Shown piece after piece: positions 1-9,231 of a stretch of 41,427 bases of DNA. The position numbers and the translations under genes were made by a program. This DNA is from Verrucomicrobiales bacterium. Lineage in GTDB: Bacteria; Verrucomicrobiota; Verrucomicrobiia; Verrucomicrobiales; Akkermansiaceae. The stretch's first letter is position 1. Every line of letters starts with the position of its first letter. Under the pieces are notes generated by a model, which was given only the letters and a program-made list of their open reading frames with translations, did not search any database and was not told the DNA's origin. The stretch is taken from NCBI GenBank assembly GCA_002729295.1, contig PBTU01000114.1, positions 1-41,427 of the forward strand. Reading direction: 5' to 3'.

Positions 1-1
1 C

Positions 2-682
2 CAGGGCTATTGTCCCCCCTCGCTTGTGGAAGCTGGTGGCGTGGAGCAGTTGATCATTTGGCACGCCGAGGCTTTGAATGGGCTCAATCCTGCTACGGGA
101 AAGTTATACTGGAGTCTCCCCCTGAAGCCAACATACGGTATGTCGGTGATGACTCCACGGGTAGTGGGTAACATGATGTTTGCTTCGGGAATCGGCCGGG
201 TAGGAGCGATGGTGAAGCTGGATGAAAAGAAGCCAATGGCGAGCTTTCTTTGGAAGGGGAAACCCAAAACTGCGATGTATTGCTGTAACAGCACTCCCTT
301 GATTGTGGACGGAGTAATTTATGGTTCGGACATTCGGACCAGTAGTGTGATTGCTGCTTCGATGGAGGACGGAGAGAGATTTTGGCAAAGTCAGGAGCCC
401 TCAATCGCTGAAGACCACCGCAAGGGCGGGGGGAGTCATGGAACGGCATTTCTAACCTTTCATGAAGAGAACAAGCAGTTCTGGATTTTTGGAGAAATGG
501 GTGATCTCATTTTGGCTGAAATGACCAAAGAGGGGTATGAGGAGTTGGGACGTCAGCATTTGTTGAAGCCGACCAATGAAGTCTTTGGGCGTCCGGTGGT
601 TTGGAGTGGTCCGGCTTTTGCTGGAAAGAGCGTTTACGTTCGCAATGACGAGGAGCTCGTGAAGGTGGACTTGAGCAAGTAG
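2..682 (+). CDS. PQQ-like beta-propeller repeat protein, C-terminal part (5' end lies outside the window)
   Basis: The frame is open from base 2, with no stop before the listed Met at 26. Repeated W/G-rich blade-like segments (LIIWHAE, LYWSLP, VIYGSD, RFWQSQ, QFWIFGEMGDLI, VYVRNDEELVKVDL) are typical of PQQ/BamB-type propellers. Confidence 0.55.
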   Translation, partial: QGYCPPSLVEAGGVEQLIIWHAEALNGLNPATGKLYWSLPLKPTYGMSVMTPRVVGNMMFASGIGRVGAMVKLDEKKPMASFLWKGKPKTAMYCCNSTPLIVDGVIYGSDIRTSSVIAASMEDGERFWQSQEPSIAEDHRKGGGSHGTAFLTFHEENKQFWIFGEMGDLILAEMTKEGYEELGRQHLLKPTNEVFGRPVVWSGPAFAGKSVYVRNDEELVKVDLSK

Positions 683-685
683 CGC

Positions 686-1714
686 TTAGGCGAAGTCGAA
701 GTTCGAGAGGTCCTGCACGTCGACGAGGCCGACGACTTTTTGTTTGCCGTCGGTCACAATGACGTCATCAATGCGGTTGTCGCGGATGATTTTGACTACG
801 TTAACTGCAAGTTCGTCGTATTGGATGGAGACCGGGTCTTTAGACATGCGGTTCTGGACGAGGTCGTCGCCAATCTCGCGATTCTCCTGATACCCGCGGA
901 CGAAGTCTCCGTGGGTAAAAATGCCGAGAAGTTTTTTGTTTTGGTCTGCGACGACGGCGGCGCCCGCCCGGCATTCGAGCATGGCGAGAACGGTGTCTTG
1001 AACACTTGACTCTGGAGGAACGATGGCGAGGTCCTTGCCGCTCCGCATGATATCGGAGACTTTGGTGAGGAGATACTTTCCGAGATTGCCACCGGGGTGA
1101 AGTTCGGCGAAGTCTTCGGGCTTGAAGCCACGTTTCTCCAGAAGAACCATCGCGAGGGCATCACCGAGGGCGAGCATGTTGGTGGAGCTGGAGGTGGGAG
1201 CAAGGCCGAGGGGGCAGGCTTCTTTTTCAACCTGGGTGCTGAGCACGATATCGCTGTGCTTGGCGAGCGTGGACTGGGTATTCCCGGTGATCGCGATGAT
1301 GGTTGCTGCTCGTTTTTTGACATGGGGCAGGAGGCTCGTCATCTCCGGAGTTTCGCCGCTGTAGCTCAGGGCAATGGTGAGGTCGTCGGTGGAAAGGATA
1401 CCCAAATCTCCATGAAGGGCATTTTGGCAACTGAGACTCACGGCGGTGGCACCGGTGCTGTTGAGAGTGGCGACGAGTTTTTTACCAATACTTTCGGACT
1501 TGCCCACGCCGATTACGACGATTTTATTCTGTCGGTCGAGGGTGTCGTGTAGCGCGCTGACCGCTTCGGCGAAGTGTTCATCAATACGATCTGCCAGGAG
1601 TTGTAGCTGTGAGATCTCAATTTGGAGGACCGCTTTCGCTTTCCCAATAAGGTCGGATGTCTCGGTAATGCCCACGGCGACAGCGTGCATGAGGGGAATA
1701 GCAAGGTCAATCAC
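686..1714 (-). CDS. kdsD: Arabinose-5-phosphate isomerase (KdsD/KpsF family, SIS domain plus tandem CBS domains)
   Basis: SIS motifs are present (IVVIGVGKSESIGKKLVATLNSTG, ALSYSGET.E). The C-terminal half has CBS-like segments (VSDIM..., GIFTHGDFVR, VVGLVDVQDL). It lies next to an msbA-like gene and LPS genes. The exact start is uncertain because several in-frame Met codons exist. Confidence 0.85.
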   Translation of the reverse strand: MIDLAIPLMHAVAVGITETSDLIGKAKAVLQIEISQLQLLADRIDEHFAEAVSALHDTLDRQNKIVVIGVGKSESIGKKLVATLNSTGATAVSLSCQNALHGDLGILSTDDLTIALSYSGETPEMTSLLPHVKKRAATIIAITGNTQSTLAKHSDIVLSTQVEKEACPLGLAPTSSSTNMLALGDALAMVLLEKRGFKPEDFAELHPGGNLGKYLLTKVSDIMRSGKDLAIVPPESSVQDTVLAMLECRAGAAVVADQNKKLLGIFTHGDFVRGYQENREIGDDLVQNRMSKDPVSIQYDELAVNVVKIIRDNRIDDVIVTDGKQKVVGLVDVQDLSNFDFA

Positions 1715-1770
1715 GCGAAGAAGTAAGTCTGGAGGTCTGCTTGGGCTCGCGCTATCCTCTTGCCTCTCAA

Positions 1771-3516
1771 ATGAAGCGCTACCTGCCCTATCTTAAGCTT
1801 TTAATACCTGTAAAATGGCATCTTGCTGGCGGGATTATTGCCGGCTTGATTTTCGCTGCGGCGACGGGAGCCGGACTTCCCCTGGCTGCTAAAACGATTT
1901 TGCCCTTAATCTTCCCTCCTGAAGGAGAGGTTGAGGCCGAGGTTGAATCGAATTGGCTGACCAAGATGATGGAGGGTTGGATGGGCGATGTGGAGCGGGA
2001 TACGCTGATCGTTGTAGCTTGTATGTGGTTGCCGGGGATGTTTTTTATCCGTGCTGCCAGTGGGTTCGCGAACACTTATTTGACCAGTTACTGCGGTTTT
2101 AAGGTCCTTGAGAAGATCCGCATCGATGTTTTTTCAAAGCTACAATATCTCCCCTTGTCATTTTTTAGTCGTCATCAATCTGGCGATCTTCTAGCCCGAT
2201 TGATTGGAGATGCCGAATTGCTGCGTGCCACGGTTAAAGGAATCGCCAGGGATGTGGTCAAACAGCCACTTACCTTGGTTTTTTCCTTTAGCTATTTAAT
2301 TCATGAAGCGATGAATAATCAGGGGGCTTTTGTGGTGTTGATTTCGATTTTATCGATTCCAATTTGCATCTTTCCCCTACGTGTTGTCGCTAAGAAGCTC
2401 GGGAAGAGGGCTCGGGCGCTTCAGCAAAATGCGGGGAACTTAAGTGGGCATATCGCCGAAGTTTTACAGGCTCCTATGGAGATTAGAGCATACAATCTCC
2501 AAGGGAAAGTCATCGAACGATTTCAGAAAACGGTCAATGAAATCGTGAAGTATTCGATGAAGGTCGTGAAGTATCGCCAGATGGTTTCGCCTTCGGTTGA
2601 ATTAATTGCGGTTTTGGTGTTGACCGGTACTCTTCTCATTGGTGCCCGACAGGAAGATGTCATGACTCTTCCCCAATTTATGGGGATTGGGTTGGCGCTT
2701 TTCTTCTCCTATGAGCCGTTGAAGAAGCTTGGTGAGATTCACAGCATCATGAAGCAAGGCGAAGCTGCATTGGATCGATTGGAAGAAGTCCTCCATGCAC
2801 CTGATCGAATGGTGGAGGCGCACAATCCTAAAAGTCCGGAGCCTTTCTATGGCGAGATCGTTTTCAATGATGTTGTATTTGGTTATGGGGATGAGCCTGT
2901 AATCAAAGGTATTTCGACGACTATAAAGGCTGGAGAATGCGTAGCTCTGATAGGGGTGAGTGGAGGAGGTAAATCAAGTATTTTCAATCTCATCCCCCGT
3001 TTCTACGATGTAGATTCTGGTTCGGTAAAAGTCAGCGGATTGGATGTAAGGGATTGGGCCAAGAATGACTTGCGAGATCATATTGCCCTCGTCTCCCAGG
3101 CTCCGATTTTGTTCAAGGGAACGATACGAGAGAACATTCTTCTAGGATGTCCTGGAGCTGCTGACGAAGAGGTAGTCGAGGCTTCAAAGCGGGCTAACGC
3201 ACACGAGTTTATCATGGATTTCGAGGAGGGTTATGACACCGAGGTGTCTGAAAAAGGAGCCAGTCTCTCGGGAGGTCAGCGGCAACGGGTAGCCATTGCA
3301 CGGGCGTTTTTGAAGGACGCACCGATACTTTTACTCGATGAAGCTACCAGTGCTTTGGATAACGAAAGTGAAGCGAAGATCCAGCAGTCTCTGAGCGAAT
3401 TGGTAAAGGGCCGCACTACCTTGTTAATCGCTCATCGCTTGTCCACAACGCAGGTGGCTAGCAGAGTCATCGAGTTGGATCGAGGTCAGGTAATTTCAGT
3501 GAGATCCGAGGCTTAA
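1771..3516 (+). CDS. msbA: ABC transporter, fused permease/ATPase, MsbA-like lipid A/LPS flippase
   Basis: The N-terminal half is a roughly six-TM domain. The C-terminal half has Walker A GVSGGGKSS, signature LSGGQRQRVAIARA, Walker B ILLLDEATSALD and H-loop IAHRLST. The ORF track opens at TTG 1741; ATG 1771 (MKRYLPYLKLL) is the more likely start. Confidence 0.8.
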   Translation: MKRYLPYLKLLIPVKWHLAGGIIAGLIFAAATGAGLPLAAKTILPLIFPPEGEVEAEVESNWLTKMMEGWMGDVERDTLIVVACMWLPGMFFIRAASGFANTYLTSYCGFKVLEKIRIDVFSKLQYLPLSFFSRHQSGDLLARLIGDAELLRATVKGIARDVVKQPLTLVFSFSYLIHEAMNNQGAFVVLISILSIPICIFPLRVVAKKLGKRARALQQNAGNLSGHIAEVLQAPMEIRAYNLQGKVIERFQKTVNEIVKYSMKVVKYRQMVSPSVELIAVLVLTGTLLIGARQEDVMTLPQFMGIGLALFFSYEPLKKLGEIHSIMKQGEAALDRLEEVLHAPDRMVEAHNPKSPEPFYGEIVFNDVVFGYGDEPVIKGISTTIKAGECVALIGVSGGGKSSIFNLIPRFYDVDSGSVKVSGLDVRDWAKNDLRDHIALVSQAPILFKGTIRENILLGCPGAADEEVVEASKRANAHEFIMDFEEGYDTEVSEKGASLSGGQRQRVAIARAFLKDAPILLLDEATSALDNESEAKIQQSLSELVKGRTTLLIAHRLSTTQVASRVIELDRGQVISVRSEA

Positions 3517-4460
3517 AGGATCATTTCTAGAGTTTCGATTAGACGTTTTTCGAATTTCTGATGGTTGTTTAGCACCCAATTCTGAGCCGCTTCACTGAGT
3601 CGATCTCGTTCTTTGTTCGGCATGGTGAGAACCCGCTCGATAGCGGCTTCAAATGCGCTTGGGGTGACGATGAAGTTGGTGCCCAGATGTCGGGCTTCGG
3701 TTTTCGGGGCATCGACGAGGACTCCCCGATCTGGGCGGACTAATTCGTTCATGGGAGGCCCGTTAGTTGTGATGACAAGAGCGCCGCAGCTCATGGCTTC
3801 GACAATGTAATGTCCCCAGCCTTCAGAAAGTGACGGGCAGAGATGAATGGGATGTTCGTTAACGAGTTTGATGATTTCCTCATCGCTCAGATAGTCGGTG
3901 ATGAGGTGGACATTCTCTGGAACGCTTTCTGGAGCATTGTCCTTGTGTTGGAGGAGGGTGAGAGTGGGCCATTCCGGATGAATCTTCCAAAGTTCGAGAA
4001 CGGTTTTAGTGCCCTTGAGGGTACTTCGTCCCGCCAAGTGAAGGATGGCGTTTTGTTTTCGGGTAACTGCAGGATCGTTGAGGTCCTTTGAGGTGAAGCC
4101 CATGAATTTGCAGGACGGGTGGAGCTTACTGAAGACTTCGAGAGCGTGCTGGCTTTTACAGAGGACGTGGTCCATTGGGCTTAATCGGGGAATGTGCCGT
4201 TGGGGGAAACGTTCCTGGTTTGGAATCAGAAGATTGAGGCGCGCGGAGCCGAGCCATCGAGGGAAGATACGCTCGAGGAATATATTGGCGTCAAAGCGCG
4301 TCTTCTTCGGGAGCCAATTTGAGTAGAGGGGGATCTCGCGGCAATGACTCACGGTCACTTTAGCGCCAGCGCCGGAAGCGGCCGCGTAGATGAGTTCGAT
4401 ATCGCGATCCAGTCCTACGCCATTGGTGCGAGCGACGATGTTTAGATGAAGTTGATTCAC
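3513..4460 (-). CDS. Glycosyltransferase (GT4/GT1-like)
   Basis: The C-terminal segment LCPSLSEGWGHYIVEAMSCGALVITTNGPPMNELV matches the E-x7-E region of retaining GT4 enzymes. The GTG start overlaps the stop of the upstream gene (GTGA). Its stop overlaps the msbA stop (convergent genes). Confidence 0.6.
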   Translation of the reverse strand: MNQLHLNIVARTNGVGLDRDIELIYAAASGAGAKVTVSHCREIPLYSNWLPKKTRFDANIFLERIFPRWLGSARLNLLIPNQERFPQRHIPRLSPMDHVLCKSQHALEVFSKLHPSCKFMGFTSKDLNDPAVTRKQNAILHLAGRSTLKGTKTVLELWKIHPEWPTLTLLQHKDNAPESVPENVHLITDYLSDEEIIKLVNEHPIHLCPSLSEGWGHYIVEAMSCGALVITTNGPPMNELVRPDRGVLVDAPKTEARHLGTNFIVTPSAFEAAIERVLTMPNKERDRLSEAAQNWVLNNHQKFEKRLIETLEMIL

Positions 4461-5680
4461 GATGTCGTTTCTTCAGGCTGCTCTCTTTTTAAGAGATCTT
4501 CGCAAAAAGTCGGGTAGGCCTTCCGACCCAAAACATAGAAAAGGTGATGGTGGGCTTCCATGGTGTTGTCACTGCTGTGCAGGACGGTCCGGACCTTCTT
4601 ATCCAACGGGAATTTTTCGTTGATTTGACTGCGTATTTTATTTTTAACGAGAACGTTTAGATTGGTGATCAGGGGATACTTTTTGAAGGAGGGATGATCC
4701 TTGGTGAGGCGTTCGGGGGAGGGGTCAAAACAGATGAGCGCGATGGTTGGAGGGACTGGAATCTTCTCACGATATTCGAGCCAATTGCCCCCTCGAACAT
4801 TGTGAAGAACTCTTTTTTTTTGTTCCTCATTCAAGTGGATGGTATGGGTCACTTCAAATCGTTCTTCGATTTTTCGTGCTGTGGCGTCCCGGATTTCCGG
4901 CGAAGAGGAGCCATCTTCCCTGATGAGAAACACGATCAGGTCGGGAAGTTCGTCGGCGTAGGTGAAATCAGACTTCTCTTCAAGTCGGCAGAGATGCTCC
5001 AGCAATTCCTTTTGGCAAAAGCGCCATCGAAGTTTTAGGTCATAGGGCATCGTCCAGTAGGTAGCGACCAAATGGCAATTAAGTGACTCGAGCGTGATGG
5101 GTTGCTCCAGTTTGAGATCTATCTTCCTGGCAAATTCGCTAAGGAGTGATTGGTAGTCGCGGGAGCTGTTGGCTCGGAGAGGCTCACTTGAGTTGATGGG
5201 AAGGCCGGAGTCATATCCCTTATGATAGACAAGGTGATAGCAGAGTGACTGAAAATGTTCCCGGGGCGATGGGATATAAAAGTGGTTACGATACTGTTCC
5301 CGGTGCGTGATGATTTGCTCGGCAAGAGCAGGGGGATAGTAGGGGTATCCTCTTGCAGAAGTTCCTCGTTTTCCGCTGACACTGTAAAACTCGGCGAGGA
5401 CATTACCGGGAAAGCGTGCTCCGATCCTCATTACTTTTTTGAGGTCGGAGTCACGGAAGAGAATATCGATATCCTTGGTGGTTGTTTTTTCGTCTTCAGG
5501 AGTGAGTGGAACTTCCTCAAACCAACGGAGGACGACGTATTCGATTTTCAAACGATCCAGTTCGCGGAAAAAATCGGCGACTCGGCTAATCTTTAGTTTA
5601 AATTTACCGCCCCGTCTTTTCGATTTACGGCGGCGAAATTCGATCCGAAGAAAGTTGAGGAGATGCCAAGGAAGAAGCAT
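4457..5680 (-). CDS. Hypothetical two-domain protein: N-terminal nucleotidyltransferase-fold-like region and C-terminal region with an NDK-like H-x-S-D motif
   Basis: Clean 407-aa ORF with an ATG start 4 nt after the upstream kinase stop. N-terminal segment: EYVVLRWFEEVP..(11)..KDIDILF, a DxD-type strand as in uncharacterised NTase families. C-terminal segment: LIVFLIREDG...NKIRSQI...TVLHSSDNTMEA. The function is not established. Confidence 0.35.
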   Translation of the reverse strand: MLLPWHLLNFLRIEFRRRKSKRRGGKFKLKISRVADFFRELDRLKIEYVVLRWFEEVPLTPEDEKTTTKDIDILFRDSDLKKVMRIGARFPGNVLAEFYSVSGKRGTSARGYPYYPPALAEQIITHREQYRNHFYIPSPREHFQSLCYHLVYHKGYDSGLPINSSEPLRANSSRDYQSLLSEFARKIDLKLEQPITLESLNCHLVATYWTMPYDLKLRWRFCQKELLEHLCRLEEKSDFTYADELPDLIVFLIREDGSSSPEIRDATARKIEERFEVTHTIHLNEEQKKRVLHNVRGGNWLEYREKIPVPPTIALICFDPSPERLTKDHPSFKKYPLITNLNVLVKNKIRSQINEKFPLDKKVRTVLHSSDNTMEAHHHLFYVLGRKAYPTFCEDLLKREQPEETTS

Positions 5681-5684
5681 GGGC

Positions 5685-6527
5685 TCAAAAAGTTTGCACT
5701 TGATTGAGGTCGAAGTCGAGACGGTATCGGAACTCGTGGCTCGGCCGCGGTTGGTGCGCGTAGTGAATGCTGTTTTTCAGGAAAAGGTCTTCGGGGATGC
5801 CGGGGGTGACAGTCCGATAAAGGGTGGAAAGCCACTTTTTTTGAGAGGTGAGCGGAAAGACATTATTAAGGTAGCGGAGGAATTGGGCCCCTTGCAGGAT
5901 GAGCTGACGGTCGTTTTTCGGGCCGATGAAGCGGCAAGCCTGCCAATCGATGAGATAAGGTAAATCATCGAGGTTTTCAGCCATGATATTGTGGGGGCTG
6001 ACGTCGATGTGATTGGTGCCGAGTCGATAGAGTTTGGCAATGGTTGGAATTGCGAGATTGAATGCCTTCTCTGCGTCTGCGGAATTATCTTCTGCAAACT
6101 CCATCAAGGTTTTATGAGATCCAAGTGGCTCCATGATGACTCCATTGGCTTTGGTTAGGCCAAATTTTCGGAATTCAAAGAAGCCAAGATAGCGCGGTGA
6201 TTTGATACCATGTTGCTCAGCCTGGAGCATATTATGAGCCTCCATTTGGCCGAAGCGACCGGGGCGAATTTGATTGCTGAACTTCATCAAGGGAAAGCCC
6301 TTGATGACAAGAGAGCCCCCCTCGTTATTTGGTCGCTTCATAAGTAGGACGGCTTTCCTTCGCTCCCGCTTGTAGATTTTCAAATCATCGGATTCAGGGA
6401 TGGTATCGAGATTCTTGAGGACCTCTGTAAGCGCCGGGAAGAGAGTGAGCTTTTTCGAATAGAGAGCCAGTCCCTTATCCAAGTGTTTCTCTTGGTTCCG
6501 AACAGATGATGGTGCCTTCGTGCGCAT
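5685..6527 (-). CDS. Lipopolysaccharide kinase (Kdo/WaaP/RIO-like) family protein
   Basis: Protein-kinase-fold landmarks are present: SLVIKGF (Lys strand), EAHNMLQAEQHGIKSPRYLGF (helix C and hinge), NHIDVSPHNIM (H-x-D-x4-N catalytic loop) and YLIDWQACRF (metal-binding Asp). Confidence 0.7.
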   Translation of the reverse strand: MRTKAPSSVRNQEKHLDKGLALYSKKLTLFPALTEVLKNLDTIPESDDLKIYKRERRKAVLLMKRPNNEGGSLVIKGFPLMKFSNQIRPGRFGQMEAHNMLQAEQHGIKSPRYLGFFEFRKFGLTKANGVIMEPLGSHKTLMEFAEDNSADAEKAFNLAIPTIAKLYRLGTNHIDVSPHNIMAENLDDLPYLIDWQACRFIGPKNDRQLILQGAQFLRYLNNVFPLTSQKKWLSTLYRTVTPGIPEDLFLKNSIHYAHQPRPSHEFRYRLDFDLNQVQTF

Positions 6528-6534
6528 GGGGAGA

Positions 6535-7266
6535 CTATTTTGATTGGAAGGCTCGTTTTATGCGACGTCTGGCCGCTTTAAGCCCGATGTTTCTTCGTTC
6601 CAGCCAAGTCGCCAATTTGAATGAACCAGAGGCGCGGATTTTTTCAGGAAGGTGAGCGCGGCTCTCAGGGTAAACCCGAGCGAGGCGTGCCAATTCCATC
6701 TCCTTCTTGAACTTTGGGAAGAGGCAGGTTTTTTTTAGTCTAAAGTCGATAAAGGTCACTCCAGTGTCGGAAACCAGAAAGTTGGCGGCTTTGGCGTCTG
6801 TTCTCAAATATCCTTTTTCATGTAGCCTCAGGAGTTCGGTGACGACGGCCTGTGCGTCATCCGGCCCCGCTTCCTTTCCCTCGGCGAAACGGTAGCAGCA
6901 GAAGGAGTCGGTCACGAAGCCCCTTCGCCTTTGGTATCCGGCAAGCAGGGGGATGGGGGCGTTGAAACCGAGTTGATTCATTAATTGGAGATTATCGAAA
7001 GTCCGAATGCTTTCGCTATCCCGAATGATGGTGATCAGTTTCTCCCAGGTCCTTTTAAGTCTAGCTCGGGGGATCTTGTGGACGAAATTTTGATCCCCAA
7101 CCTGCAGATGGGCGGCATAGGTCGAGCGACTGTCCCGGAATACTTTTTTTATCGTGCAAGAGTTGTCGATGATGTCATCGAGAAGTTGTTTAGCCGCACT
7201 CTCGTCGATCGTTGATCGAAGCCGATATCCACGGTGGTTGAAGGATCCTTGGGTTTCCTGACTCAT
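6535..7266 (-). CDS. Lipopolysaccharide kinase (Kdo/WaaP) family protein, KdkA/InaA-like
   Basis: Landmarks: FVHKIP (Lys), LMNQLGFNAPIPLLAG, GYLRTDAKAANFLV (D-x4-N) and VTFIDFRL (Asp). It is the first gene of a co-directional four-gene module. Confidence 0.65.
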   Translation of the reverse strand: MSQETQGSFNHRGYRLRSTIDESAAKQLLDDIIDNSCTIKKVFRDSRSTYAAHLQVGDQNFVHKIPRARLKRTWEKLITIIRDSESIRTFDNLQLMNQLGFNAPIPLLAGYQRRRGFVTDSFCCYRFAEGKEAGPDDAQAVVTELLRLHEKGYLRTDAKAANFLVSDTGVTFIDFRLKKTCLFPKFKKEMELARLARVYPESRAHLPEKIRASGSFKLATWLERRNIGLKAARRRIKRAFQSK

Positions 7267-7433
7267 GGATTACACGTTCATTTTTGATTACATTTCTGAA
7301 TGAAGAGAGATCGAACAGGGTTATCTTCCATTGATTTCTTTTTTTCTCAAGGGTCAACTCGCTATTCAGAGCAGGTAACCAGACTTCAATGATGAAGATA
7401 TTCCCTTGCTTTGCGGTGTCGTACATTCTGTAA

Positions 7434-8069
7434 TTGCGGGTGCCCGTTTGTGTATCTGGTTGGCTTAAAGATAAGAAGGTTCTCCATCGCAATGAGTCGA
7501 ACGGGGGGGTGATGGTTTTGATAGAGGATGACAAGGTCGCGAAGACTTTTCCCTCGAAGGGATACTTATTGAGTTGGATGAGAATCCTCTTCAAGCAGAC
7601 GAAAGCGCATAAGCAAGATCGATCGATGAGGACCCTCAACAGGGTGGGTTTGGTGACGCCGGAACCGCTGGGGGTATTGAATTTTTATCCAGGAACTAGC
7701 CCTTACGAAGCGGCATTGCTTTACCGCTATGTTCACGAAATTGTGGATGTTAGTGAAGCGCTGAAAGGAGCGAAGCGGGCGAAAATTTTAAGGAATCTGG
7801 AACGAGAGCTGGCGGTGATGGCCAATAACGGAATCCTCTTCGTTGATTTTCATTTCCGGAACGTGATGGCTGACCCTGAAGGCAATCTTTGCTGGATTGA
7901 TGTCGAGGTGAAGGAGGGAATGAAGGTGGTTCGCAAATCTTTCTGGTCGCGCATTGTGAGGATGAATGAAGATTGTGATCCCGGGGTTTTGAGTGAGGAA
8001 GAGTGGCAAGCCTTCCAGGATGGGATCCGATCGCAGCTCAATGATCCCGGGCGATTCTTGCGAGCATGA
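7434..8069 (+). CDS. Short lipopolysaccharide-kinase-like protein (third paralog)
   Basis: Landmarks: KVAKTF, LNRVGLVTPEPLGV, GILFVDFHFRNVM (D-x4-N) and LCWIDVEV. The start is TTG 7434 or GTG 7440, immediately after an in-frame stop. The 3' end overlaps the convergent waaG-like gene by 32 nt. Confidence 0.55.
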   Translation: MRVPVCVSGWLKDKKVLHRNESNGGVMVLIEDDKVAKTFPSKGYLLSWMRILFKQTKAHKQDRSMRTLNRVGLVTPEPLGVLNFYPGTSPYEAALLYRYVHEIVDVSEALKGAKRAKILRNLERELAVMANNGILFVDFHFRNVMADPEGNLCWIDVEVKEGMKVVRKSFWSRIVRMNEDCDPGVLSEEEWQAFQDGIRSQLNDPGRFLRA

Positions 8070-9105
8070 GGTCTGCTGTGTTATAGCGTCCGGGTTGTGA
8101 GCACCAGGCTTGGATTTGAGGAATGATGGTCTCACGTTTGGTCAGCGATTCCTCGATCTTGGAGGCGATTTCATTGGCGTCGGGGTCGCTTGAAAGGTGG
8201 AGGCAACCCGCAGCAATAGTTTGGGAAGCGTAGCCACAGAGATCGGTGCAAAGAGTCGGAAGTTTGTGCGTGAGGGCCTCGGTCAGAACCATTCCAGCGG
8301 CTTCCATGCGGGCGGGATGGACGAGGAGGCTACTCTGCATCATGATGGCCGGAATGTCATCGCGCGATCCCATGAAGTGAACTTTGGAGGCGACTTGAAG
8401 CGCTTCGGCCAGTTTTTGGGACGGCGTAGGGTCATCCTCTCCACAGACGACAAGGTGGCATTCCTCCGCTTCGCCGGAAAGTCTGGCCAGGGATTGCAGG
8501 ACGAGATCCAGTCCTTTGAGTTGATAGTTCGAGGCAACGAAGAGGAGGAGGGGTGTTTCCGGCGCTAGTTTGAGTTCGGCGTGAATAGGCGAAGTTTCCG
8601 GGGCGGAAAGCGTGGGGCGGTCGAGCCAAGGCGGGAGAACCGTGTAGCGGGAGGAGGGAATATCATAGTATTCTTGAAAGGATGCCACGGCTGATTCCGA
8701 GAGGAAAAAGATATGAGTCGGGGATTCTTTGCCAAAGATACGGCGTTCGTTCTCAAGGTAGAAGTGGTATCGCGGGAGAAGTCCGGCAATGGCGGGTTTC
8801 TTTTTAAGGAAATGTTCGCGGTAACAGTGGTCGCCGCAAAAATGGAAGTCACTTCCAGAAACTCGGCTGAAGGCGATGGTGGCAGTAAACTGATTAAGGT
8901 TTTGGCAATCTCGGCTGAAGCGGGCAAGTTTGCTATGATTGGTTTTCCCTCCGGAGTTTAGCGAGAGAAGTTTGACTCCGTCAGGCCGGGAGTTGGAGGT
9001 TGAGACGACTAGGGTGGCTTCATTAGCATGGTGGGCGAATCTCACTGCATCACGTTGCAGGCCTCCATAGGGGAAGTAGTGTTGAAGTAAGATTCCTAAG
9101 TTCAC
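8038..9105 (-). CDS. waaG: GT4 glycosyltransferase, WaaG (RfaG)-like LPS core glucosyltransferase
   Basis: The N-terminus LLQHYFPYGGLQRDAVRFA resembles the E. coli RfaG N-terminus (YKYFPFGGLQRDFMRIA, recalled from memory). The C-terminal segment VHPARMEAAGMVLTEALTHKLPTLCTDLCGY is E-x7-E-like. Confidence 0.65.
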   Translation of the reverse strand: MNLGILLQHYFPYGGLQRDAVRFAHHANEATLVVSTSNSRPDGVKLLSLNSGGKTNHSKLARFSRDCQNLNQFTATIAFSRVSGSDFHFCGDHCYREHFLKKKPAIAGLLPRYHFYLENERRIFGKESPTHIFFLSESAVASFQEYYDIPSSRYTVLPPWLDRPTLSAPETSPIHAELKLAPETPLLLFVASNYQLKGLDLVLQSLARLSGEAEECHLVVCGEDDPTPSQKLAEALQVASKVHFMGSRDDIPAIMMQSSLLVHPARMEAAGMVLTEALTHKLPTLCTDLCGYASQTIAAGCLHLSSDPDANEIASKIEESLTKRETIIPQIQAWCSQPGRYNTADLMLARIARDH

Positions 9106-9231
9106 GGGGAGAGCCTAGTTGTGGGGTTGCTTCTTCGTCGAGAGCGAATCCAAGGGGGGCTGAAGGTTCGTGACCTCCTGTTTTTGCTAAAAGCGTTGCC
9201 TTTAAATGAAGTGGGTCTTAAGAAAAGGTGG

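Noticed and set aside
7267-7433. Short repeats in the divergent intergenic region between two kinase genes: GATTACA twice, and TTCATT/AATGAA inverted arms.
   Set aside because: Matches of 6-7 bp in an AT-rich 167-nt region are expected by chance. The region may simply hold the divergent promoters.
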